A DNA stretch of 64,000 nt from an uncultured Eubacteriales bacterium (GTDB lineage: Bacteria > Bacillota > Clostridia > Lachnospirales > CAMVHY01): assembly GCA_948543815.1 (NCBI GenBank), contig CAOVHW010000002.1, positions 13,888 to 77,887 of the forward strand, in the 5' to 3' direction. The notes under the pieces are model-generated. The model saw only the letters and a list, made by a program, of their open reading frames with translations. It was not told the DNA's origin and made no database searches. A program made the translations under genes and the position numbers. This document shows positions 8,738 to 20,052 of this stretch, piece by piece. Position 1 is the stretch's first letter. Every line of letters starts with the position of its first letter.

Positions 8738-11686
8738 TTATTGCGCTCGTACTGCTGTTCTATTAATAACAGCTTCAAGCTTTGGTATATTTTCTCCTGT
8801 TGCAAGCGCCTCTGCAACTTTTGGATGTGCACCTAAATGACATTTAAAATCATCCGCAAATCCAAAACATTTATTTTTACTTATTAATTCTTCTAACAAA
8901 ATAAAAATATCAGCTAATTTATCTGGTTTAAAATTTAATAATAAAAAATCAGCTAAAAGTTTAGGATTTGAATTTATAATTAATTTTGAATCAATTAATA
9001 ACTCATCCAAACGCGCATAATTCTTCTCACTTAAATTATTTTCTTCTATTCCTTTAGCTATTGTTTTCGAAAAATTTATTGCCTTCTTAATAAAAAATTT
9101 CTTCTTAGAAAATTCAGCAAATATCTGACACAATTTATTTTTTTCATTTTCATTTTTATTTTCCAACATTAAGTTTATTTCTTTGAAATCATTAAAGGAA
9201 ACATAATGCACATTGCTTATATTTAAACCTGCTTTTGATAATTCATTTAACTTCAAAATATTTTCGCCGATGTTTAATTTTTCACGTTCTAAATTAGAAA
9301 CAAATTCAAAAATATAATTTGAATAAACTTTTTGAGAAAGTTCAGCAAATACATTATAAAATTGTTCTTTTTCATTTACATTTTGCATAACTAATTTTAT
9401 TTTTTCAAAATCTAAAACATTTGTTTTGGTTATATCAAATCCTAATTTCAAAAGCTCAAATAATATAAGAACATCATCTTTTGAATTTATAAAATAAAAA
9501 ATATCATCTGTTTTAATTAACTTATGAAATTGTTTAAGTTTAGCACTATCATTTTCAAAAGCTTTTGTAATAAAAGGTTGTTTTTTACTAACAATAATTT
9601 CCATTACTTTAGCCTTTAAATTTTTTGATTTTTCATCATTCAAAAAGGAAATTATTTCATTGAGCGAGTTTAAATATCTATTTTCTTCTACAAAAAATAA
9701 AATTTCAGCAATAAACTCAAGTTTTAATGGTAATTTAAAAATTAAATTTTGAACCTTAGGTAATGATTCAATTACATTCGGTAACAATTTGAAAACTGTA
9801 TAAATTTTATATCCATTTTCATCGTTTAAATAATCACATGCTACTTGACAAATTTTTTCTTGTTCTAGAATATTATTTCCTGGAAATTTATTTTTATAAA
9901 AGTTTATAACATCTCTCGTAAATAATCTTTCCTTATTCTTATTTATTAAATCTCTACATTTTGGATTTAGCAATTCTTCCATAAGCAAATCATTTATATC
10001 CTCTTGACTATTACATGCAATTGAACAAAATTTTAACAATTCATTTTTATATCCTTTATCAATTGGTGGGGTTGTTTTATTTAATTTAGATATAAACAAA
10101 ATCCAATTATAAATATAAGCAAAAGCATATACTTTCTGTATGCATTCAGGAAATTGTTTTAATTCTTCTCCCAAAGTTTCATAAATTTTATTTACATCAA
10201 AAGTATCAAGTGCAATTCGTATATCCTCAATCGTTACACCATTTCTTAAACAATTATTAATATATTCAATAAGACTTAATGAACAAACTTCCGTAATAGT
10301 TAACAAATTTTTTATAGCCTGAGGTGTTTGACAAACATTTCTAAAATTTTCGTTTCGAAATAAATTACGAAATTCATCTTGTCTTTCTAGAGGAACAAGT
10401 TTTAGAAGTTCCTCTTGTTCACGCGAAAAGAAACCAGCATTTTGTGCATGAGTCCAAAAATCACTTGCTAATCCATCTTCTGTTATTAAATTATCTCTAT
10501 TTTGATACAACCATTCATAAAAATTCTCAATTTGTTCTTTAGGCAAATTACTTAAAGTATATGCAATTTTTGATAAACCTCTCTCGCCATTAATGTTTTT
10601 TAATAATCTTTGCAAATTTTTATTTCTGTTACAAAACCAACACTTACGTGAAAAAGAAAATAAAACAACTAATTCTGAAGCAGGTAATTCATAATTTTTA
10701 ATAATTCTTGAAACCGACCATTTATCAAATTCTTTTCTCAAAGAATTTACATCAAAATTAAGTGATTCCCCAAAAGATAAATTTCCAAAAAAATTATTAG
10801 TAAATTCATTTGCCTTTGTACTAAATTTTCTTTCTGCAAAAGAATATATTTTTACTACTTTACCAAAAACAATATTGAAATTTGTTGCATAATCGCTTTT
10901 ACTAAAACTAGATAAAAACTCTTCAAATTCCTTTTTCTTTCTATCAGTTGAAAAACTTATATTACCCTCTTGAACTTTTTCAAAAAAAGCAGCAAAATCA
11001 CAAAGTTCATTATCATAAGCTAATTTGCCAAATATTAAATCATAAAAAAGTTCTTCTGAAATAAATTTTTTTCTTTCTGCAAATGCCAACAAATTTGTTA
11101 AAAAATAAACATATTGTTCTTCATTACTTGAATTTTTACTTTCATTGAATTTAGCCTCGAATTTAGCCTCTTCAACTTTTTTGCATAATACATCTAAAAT
11201 TTGACAAAGCCATAATATATCATTTGTTTTAGTTTCAGTATATTTTTCGGTGTATAAAAAATTTCCTAATTTAGATTCTCGATAAATAGCATGAATCAAA
11301 GTATTTTTATCATCCTTTGGGCTTGAAGCAAATTCATAAAAAAATTTTTTGTTAATATGTTTATTTCTCGCAATAAATTCAGCCAACAAAATCAAAAAAT
11401 TTCTATTTCTTATTTCATAAACATGAAATTCTTTTTCTTCTAAATTTTGAAAATCACTTTTTTCCTCATTTAATAAATTACTCAACTTTTCATAAACTAA
11501 ACTTTCAATTTCATCAATTTCATCAATTTGATTAATATAAAATGAAAATCTATTAAACAATTCTTTGTCAATATTATTTTCATCAAGAAGTTCTATATCT
11601 TTTATTAAATTAAAAATACCTTCTGCAATTCTTTTTGCTTTTGAACGCTCTTCATTATTTTCCGCTACAGCCGTATCCTCACTCAT
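8738..11686 (-). CDS. large hypothetical protein, member 2 of the 'MSE' paralog family (982 aa)
   Basis: Long ORF with RBS/start CGAGGTGATAAAATGAGTGAG. Shares blocks with 11814..14384 over most of its length and with 4313..6355 centrally. No signal peptide or TM segment seen. Confidence 0.75.
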   Translation of the reverse strand: MSEDTAVAENNEERSKAKRIAEGIFNLIKDIELLDENNIDKELFNRFSFYINQIDEIDEIESLVYEKLSNLLNEEKSDFQNLEEKEFHVYEIRNRNFLILLAEFIARNKHINKKFFYEFASSPKDDKNTLIHAIYRESKLGNFLYTEKYTETKTNDILWLCQILDVLCKKVEEAKFEAKFNESKNSSNEEQYVYFLTNLLAFAERKKFISEELFYDLIFGKLAYDNELCDFAAFFEKVQEGNISFSTDRKKKEFEEFLSSFSKSDYATNFNIVFGKVVKIYSFAERKFSTKANEFTNNFFGNLSFGESLNFDVNSLRKEFDKWSVSRIIKNYELPASELVVLFSFSRKCWFCNRNKNLQRLLKNINGERGLSKIAYTLSNLPKEQIENFYEWLYQNRDNLITEDGLASDFWTHAQNAGFFSREQEELLKLVPLERQDEFRNLFRNENFRNVCQTPQAIKNLLTITEVCSLSLIEYINNCLRNGVTIEDIRIALDTFDVNKIYETLGEELKQFPECIQKVYAFAYIYNWILFISKLNKTTPPIDKGYKNELLKFCSIACNSQEDINDLLMEELLNPKCRDLINKNKERLFTRDVINFYKNKFPGNNILEQEKICQVACDYLNDENGYKIYTVFKLLPNVIESLPKVQNLIFKLPLKLEFIAEILFFVEENRYLNSLNEIISFLNDEKSKNLKAKVMEIIVSKKQPFITKAFENDSAKLKQFHKLIKTDDIFYFINSKDDVLILFELLKLGFDITKTNVLDFEKIKLVMQNVNEKEQFYNVFAELSQKVYSNYIFEFVSNLEREKLNIGENILKLNELSKAGLNISNVHYVSFNDFKEINLMLENKNENEKNKLCQIFAEFSKKKFFIKKAINFSKTIAKGIEENNLSEKNYARLDELLIDSKLIINSNPKLLADFLLLNFKPDKLADIFILLEELISKNKCFGFADDFKCHLGAHPKVAEALATGENIPKLEAVINRTAVRAQ

Positions 11687-11813
11687 TTTATCACCTCGAT
11701 TAAAATGTTAAACACATTAATTATCATATAATTATTATAATACATATAAAAATATATTTAAAGTTAATGCGGATAAAATAAATACTCATTTAAATTTAAT
11801 AGTGCTTAATGTT

Positions 11814-14384
11814 TTATTTTTTACCAATTTCATTCGAATTAAAATTTTCTTGAGGCGGCACATTATTTTCTGTAAGTTTCATTCCAACTTCTGGATTTGC
11901 AGCTAAATGTGCACCTAATTCCATAGCATTCATATTATCTGTTTTCTGTAATAAAGTAACGATGTTTGCTAAGTTTTCAACTGATTGCTCCATCGATAAT
12001 AAAATATCAGACAAAATTTTTAATATACCTTTTGCGCGCCATTTAACAAAACTATTTAAACACGAGTCCAAATCATTTGTAAATCTGTTTTCAAGTAAAC
12101 TATTAATAATTTTAAATGCAGTATAAATAGACCCTTTAATATCGCATTTTTTAATTAACTCAACAATTTTTTTCATTAATATTTTTTTGCTTGACTCAGC
12201 ACTTATTTTGGAAAGTTCACTTTTTATTGAACTCCAATCCAAAATATCTATTCGATTTACATCTAATCCTAAATTTAAAAATTCATTTAACATCAAAACA
12301 TCTTCTTTTGAATTTATAAATTTAAAAACATCACACGTTTTGGCTAATTTATAAAACATATTGATTTTACTTTTATCATTTTCAAAAGTTTCTGTAATAA
12401 AATGTTGTTTTTTTTCAACAATAACTTTCATAACTTCAATTTTTGTTTTTTCTGATCCTGGTTTATCTAAAAACAAACTAATTTCATTAGATAAATATAA
12501 ATTATTATTTTGCATGGCAAATAAAAAAGTATCAGCAATAAACTTAGGTTTTAACAAATTGTTACACAAACTTTTTTCTGAAAATTCTGCTGTAGGTAAC
12601 AATTGAAAAAATGCATAAATTGCAACTACATTATTAATTTTTAAATATTTTTTCGCTATATCCGTAATTTCTTCAAAAGCTAACCCTTTATTATTCGCAA
12701 ATTCACGACAATAAAATTCTATACATTCTTTACTAATTAATTTATCTATGTTATTAATTATTACTTCCGGATTAAAGCTTAACTCTCTTATAATAATTTC
12801 ACATATATTATCAACATTCAAATTACATGAAATTTGAGGATATTGTAATAATTTATTTTTATTTTCTATAACAATCGCATTATCAATTTTGTTTAAGTCT
12901 TTAACAAAAGAAATCCAATTATTCAAAAAAAGAAATTCGTATGCTTTTTGCATATCTTTAGAAAATGGATTTAATTTATCTTCAAAAATTTCATAAATTT
13001 TATTTATATCAAAGGTATCAAGCGCAATTCTTATATCCTCAATCTTTACACCATTTCTTAAACAAAAATTAATATATTCAATAGGACTTAATGAACAAGT
13101 TTCCATAATAGTTAACAAATTTTTTACAGCCTGAGGCGTTTGACAAACCTTTCTAAAATTTTCATTTCGAAATAATTTACGAAATTCATCTTTTCTTTCC
13201 GAAGGTACAGAAGGTACAGATTGTAAAAGTTTCTCTTGTTCACGCGAGAAAAAACCAGCATTTTGTGCAAATTCAGGATTAAAATTACCTCTGTTATTTC
13301 GCACCCAAACAAAAAATTCATCACGACGATTTGATTGTAATTTATTTGCAAAATCATAAATATCGCTCAAATTATTTTGCATTGCATTTTTTAAAATTCT
13401 GCGTCTGTTCCAAAAATAACATTTGTCTGAAATAGTTTGCAAAGCAACAGTTTCTTTAAAAGAAAAATTTTTATTTCTGAAAATTTTATATGAAAATCTA
13501 TTTTCGCTTTCCCTGAATCTTATAAATCCATTAACTTCATGAAGAAAAACAATATTATTCTCTTTGTCATCTGTTTCGCTTAATTCTATTTCATTTTCTA
13601 TTTCATTTAACTTAAGTGAAAAATTTTTTATAAAATTATCGGTTTGGTTCTTCTCCTCCAGATATTCAAAAAGTAAATCACCACAAACATCATTTGGTAT
13701 TCCTCTTTTTGTATTAAAAACAGAAGTATAATCATTTTTTTTAATCGACAATTCAATTTTAGTTAAAAACCAAACTGTTGAAACAGCTTTCGTTCCAGTA
13801 TATTTATTACGGTCTAAAGAACCAAATTTATTTTGTCTAATAATTGCTTGCATTACATAATTTTCTTCAATATAACTAAAATTCAATAATTCATTAAGAT
13901 TTTTTCTTTCATGTATAGCATATTCACATAATAATTGTAAAAAAATCCAATTTCTTCTTTCATAAATTTGAAATTCTTCTTCTGATAAATTCTCTAGCTC
14001 TTCTTTACTTTTTCCATCGTTTAATAGATTTATTAATTCTTTACATGAATGCTCATTTTGTAATAAATTTTCTAAATCTGAAGCAATTTCAATGCATGAA
14101 TTTACAATATCATTATTAAAATCTGAATCAGACAAATCTAAATTTTCTAACTCAAATTTATTAAATTTAGGTTTAAAATTATCATCTAAATCATCAAGAT
14201 CATCTAAATTTATAAAAGATTCATTTGAATCATCTAGTTCACCAGAATCATTTAATTTATCAAAATCTACAATTATTTCTTTATTTAAATCCAAATTTTC
14301 AAACACAGGAATTCCATTTTCTTTCGTATTTAAAACAATTTTATCTATTTCATCGAAAATTTTTTGTGCGGTAGTCTCACTCAT
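11814..14384 (-). CDS. large hypothetical protein, member 3 of the 'MSE' paralog family (856 aa)
   Basis: Long ORF with RBS/start CGAGGTGATAAAATGAGTGAG. It has an acidic N-terminal region (DLDDLDDNF...) and a central block nearly identical to that of 8738..11686. Confidence 0.75.
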   Translation of the reverse strand: MSETTAQKIFDEIDKIVLNTKENGIPVFENLDLNKEIIVDFDKLNDSGELDDSNESFINLDDLDDLDDNFKPKFNKFELENLDLSDSDFNNDIVNSCIEIASDLENLLQNEHSCKELINLLNDGKSKEELENLSEEEFQIYERRNWIFLQLLCEYAIHERKNLNELLNFSYIEENYVMQAIIRQNKFGSLDRNKYTGTKAVSTVWFLTKIELSIKKNDYTSVFNTKRGIPNDVCGDLLFEYLEEKNQTDNFIKNFSLKLNEIENEIELSETDDKENNIVFLHEVNGFIRFRESENRFSYKIFRNKNFSFKETVALQTISDKCYFWNRRRILKNAMQNNLSDIYDFANKLQSNRRDEFFVWVRNNRGNFNPEFAQNAGFFSREQEKLLQSVPSVPSERKDEFRKLFRNENFRKVCQTPQAVKNLLTIMETCSLSPIEYINFCLRNGVKIEDIRIALDTFDINKIYEIFEDKLNPFSKDMQKAYEFLFLNNWISFVKDLNKIDNAIVIENKNKLLQYPQISCNLNVDNICEIIIRELSFNPEVIINNIDKLISKECIEFYCREFANNKGLAFEEITDIAKKYLKINNVVAIYAFFQLLPTAEFSEKSLCNNLLKPKFIADTFLFAMQNNNLYLSNEISLFLDKPGSEKTKIEVMKVIVEKKQHFITETFENDKSKINMFYKLAKTCDVFKFINSKEDVLMLNEFLNLGLDVNRIDILDWSSIKSELSKISAESSKKILMKKIVELIKKCDIKGSIYTAFKIINSLLENRFTNDLDSCLNSFVKWRAKGILKILSDILLSMEQSVENLANIVTLLQKTDNMNAMELGAHLAANPEVGMKLTENNVPPQENFNSNEIGKK

Positions 14385-14557
14385 TTTATCACCTCGCTTG
14401 CAAATTTACTGACATATCATTATCATAATACAAAATATATAAAAAGTAAATATATATTTACCAAAAAGCAAAATTAGCAAGACAAATATTTATTAGAAAA
14501 ATTTCGTTTGAGTAACAAAATATGAAATTTTTTCAAGCAAAAAACTTTTTTTAGGCA

Positions 14558-14589
14558 TAAAAAAACTTCGCAAACGCGAAGTTTTTTTC
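14558..14589 (-). terminator. rho-independent terminator after eno (bidirectional shape)
   Basis: AACTTCGC, loop AAAC, then GCGAAGTT, flanked by an A-run on one side and a T-run on the other. It lies 8 nt beyond the eno stop. Confidence 0.6.
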
Positions 14590-14596
14590 AAACAAA

Positions 14597-17469
<2,873 letters not shown>

Positions 17470-18213
17470 CTAAATCGCCTCTTTAATTATGGAAACGAAA
17501 TCATCTGTCAAACTTGAACCGCCAACCAAACCGCCATCGATATCCGGCATTGCAAACAATTCTTTAGCATTTTTTGAATTAACACTACCGCCATATTGAA
17601 TTTGAATTTCATCGGCAATATTTTGGTCGTAAATTTCTGCAAGAACTTTACGAATCTCCGCGCAAATATCTTGTGCTTGTGAAGCGGTAGCAGTTTTTCC
17701 AGTACCAATAGCCCAAATTGGTTCGTACGCAATTACAAATTTGCTAGTGCGGTTGACATTTATCAACGCATTTTTTATTTGCATTCGAATAAATTCAATT
17801 TCGACATGATTTTCACGTTGCTGCAACGTTTCACCGACACAAATTATTGGAACAATTCCGTGTGCAATAGCTTTTATAACTTTTTTGTTTATCATTTCGT
17901 CAGATTCATTAAACAATTGACGGCGTTCAGAATGTCCAACGATTACATAATTTATTTGCGAATCGGCAAGCATTTTCGCCGAAATTTCACCAGTATACGC
18001 GCCGGAATCTTCGAAATAAATATTTTGAGCGCCAACTTTAATATTTGTGCCAATGAGGCAATCACGAACTGAAATCAAATCGATTGCGGGGACGCATAAG
18101 ACAATGTCACAATCATTTGAGTCAATATTATTTTTAATTGTGGAAACGAATTTAGTAGCTTCGGCAGGATTTTTATTCATTTTCCAATTGCCAGCAATAA
18201 TTGTTTTACGCAT
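17470..18213 (-). CDS. tpiA: triosephosphate isomerase
   Basis: IIAGNWKMN...VIVGHSERR...AYEPIWAIGTG are TIM signatures. The stop abuts the gpmI start. Confidence 0.95.
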   Translation of the reverse strand: MRKTIIAGNWKMNKNPAEATKFVSTIKNNIDSNDCDIVLCVPAIDLISVRDCLIGTNIKVGAQNIYFEDSGAYTGEISAKMLADSQINYVIVGHSERRQLFNESDEMINKKVIKAIAHGIVPIICVGETLQQRENHVEIEFIRMQIKNALINVNRTSKFVIAYEPIWAIGTGKTATASQAQDICAEIRKVLAEIYDQNIADEIQIQYGGSVNSKNAKELFAMPDIDGGLVGGSSLTDDFVSIIKEAI

Positions 18214-18224
18214 AAAGTTCCTCC

Positions 18225-18419
18225 TTATTGCAAAGTTTCATTAATTTCATGTAGTAGTTCATCACAATTCAAATTATGGACGTCGCAAGCTTGTTCTAAA
18301 GTTTCCGCTTGAGCAGACGGACAACCTAAGCAATGCATTCCGGCATTAGTTAAAACATCGGCAATTTTTTCATTAGTCTCTAAAATTTCACCGATAGTCA
18401 TATTTTTAGTAATAGCCAT
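18225..18419 (-). CDS. DUF1858 / hybrid-cluster-associated redox disulfide domain protein
   Basis: 64 aa. The stretch TIGEIL...[26 protein letters not shown] matches the MHCxGCP small-protein family. Confidence 0.7.
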   Translation of the reverse strand: MAITKNMTIGEILETNEKIADVLTNAGMHCLGCPSAQAETLEQACDVHNLNCDELLHEINETLQ

Positions 18420-18489
18420 AAAAATCTCAGCTCCTTTCCAAAAATATATTATACTCTAATAAAAATTTTTCAGCAAAAAAAATAAGGAT

Positions 18490-19581
18490 GTGAATGAAAT
18501 GGGTGGATCATTTTTCGGACGGGTTTTAAAAATCAGTACCTTTGGCGAAAGTCATGGCAAAGCAGTCGGCGTAATAATTGATGGATGTCCGGCGGGATTA
18601 AAAATTTATAAACACGATATCGAAAAATATTTACAGCGCCGCGCACCAATTTCAAAATTTTCTACGGCACGCCACGAACCCGATAAATTTGAAATACTTT
18701 CGGGAATCATGGACAACCAAACTTTAGGCACACCAATTTGTATCATCGTCGAGAATAAAAATTTCAACGCCGATGATTACTCACGAGAAATATTTCGACC
18801 GGGCCACGCCGATTATTGCTATGAAAAAAAATTTGGCTGTCGAGATTATCGCGGCGGCGGTAGAGCTTCAGGACGTGAAACTGTCGCACGCGTAATTGCA
18901 GGATGTATAGCACAAAAATTTTTGACACAATTAGAAATTGACGTCCGCGCCTACACTTATTCGATAAATAATATTTGCATAAAAAAAATTGATTGGCACG
19001 AAAATTTTTTATTCATGCCCGACAAAAATTCTTTCACCGAAGCCGTTAATTTTTTAGAAAACATGCCCGCAGATAATTCTGTCGGCGGAATTGTAGAATG
19101 CACTGTAAAAAATATTAAGTGTGGCATCGGCGAACCTGTCTTCGATAAATTAGACGCACAAATTGCTAAAGCAGTTATGTCCATCGGCGCAGTAAAAGGA
19201 ATTGAATTCGGTAGCGGCTTCGCCTCAACTTACTTATTTGGCTCACAAAACAATGATGAATATTATTTCGATGACGGCGTCAAAAAAAAATCAAACAATT
19301 CCGGTGGAATTACGGGCGGAATTACAGACGGTGGTGACATAATTTTTCGCGCTGCAATTAAACCGACACCATCGACTGCAAAATTGCAAAACACAATTAA
19401 CAACGCAAACGAAAATTTACAAATAAAAATAAACGGCCGTCATGACAAATTAATTGTACCACGTGCCGTCGTTGTTATAGAATCAATGACGGCAATAACA
19501 TTAATGGATCAAATTCTTTTGTCGTGCACTGCAAAATTTTCTGATGTCAAAAAAATTATTTTGGGCGGCGATAAAAATTGA
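18490..19581 (+). CDS. aroC: chorismate synthase
   Basis: FGESHG...GLP...RPGHADY...[10 protein letters not shown] motifs. Confidence 0.95.
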   Translation: MNEMGGSFFGRVLKISTFGESHGKAVGVIIDGCPAGLKIYKHDIEKYLQRRAPISKFSTARHEPDKFEILSGIMDNQTLGTPICIIVENKNFNADDYSREIFRPGHADYCYEKKFGCRDYRGGGRASGRETVARVIAGCIAQKFLTQLEIDVRAYTYSINNICIKKIDWHENFLFMPDKNSFTEAVNFLENMPADNSVGGIVECTVKNIKCGIGEPVFDKLDAQIAKAVMSIGAVKGIEFGSGFASTYLFGSQNNDEYYFDDGVKKKSNNSGGITGGITDGGDIIFRAAIKPTPSTAKLQNTINNANENLQIKINGRHDKLIVPRAVVVIESMTAITLMDQILLSCTAKFSDVKKIILGGDKN

Positions 19582-20042
19582 AAAATAAAAACGGCAGCGC
19601 TTATATTTTTGTCATTCTAATTTTGATGATTTCATCATTATTTTTGAACAGCACATTTGACATCATAAAAATCAACGATGAAAAAAAACATAGTGAAAAC
19701 AATAATTTATATTACATGGCAGAAAGCGGTATCGATAAATTTTCTGACATAGCAAATAAAATTTTGGAATTAAGTGTCAAACAAGCCGAAGAAACAAATC
19801 AACCTGAATCACAAATTTTTCATGAGAACATGCAAAAATTTCTTGGCAATGAAAAAATTTTAATGAAAATCAAAAATGCACCTCGCGATTACGAAATAGA
19901 AATTAATTTTGAACGTGAAAACGATTTCGATTACAAAATAAAATCTTGCGCAACAGACACTATTAATAAAAATAAAGTTGAAATGATTGGCAAAATAAAA
20001 AGAGACGGTGAAAAATTTTCCTCCGTCTCATATGTTTTATGA
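19578..20042 (+). CDS. PilX-N-like / pseudopilin-like small protein
   Basis: The N-terminus KNGSAYIFVILILMISSLFL followed by ...LYYMAESGIDKF resembles the hydrophobic helix plus AYY.AEAGI motif of PilX_N minor pilins. The TTG start overlaps the aroC TGA. Confidence 0.45.
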   Translation: MKNKNGSAYIFVILILMISSLFLNSTFDIIKINDEKKHSENNNLYYMAESGIDKFSDIANKILELSVKQAEETNQPESQIFHENMQKFLGNEKILMKIKNAPRDYEIEINFERENDFDYKIKSCATDTINKNKVEMIGKIKRDGEKFSSVSYVL

Positions 20043-20052
20043 AAAATCAAAT

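Noticed and set aside
11687-11813. SigK/SigE-type promoter upstream of the tandem paralogs.
   Set aside because: The upstream regions share TATGATAAT about 35 nt before the start. On careful re-reading there is no CATA---TA or other sporulation-sigma consensus, so the promoter class cannot be assigned by eye.
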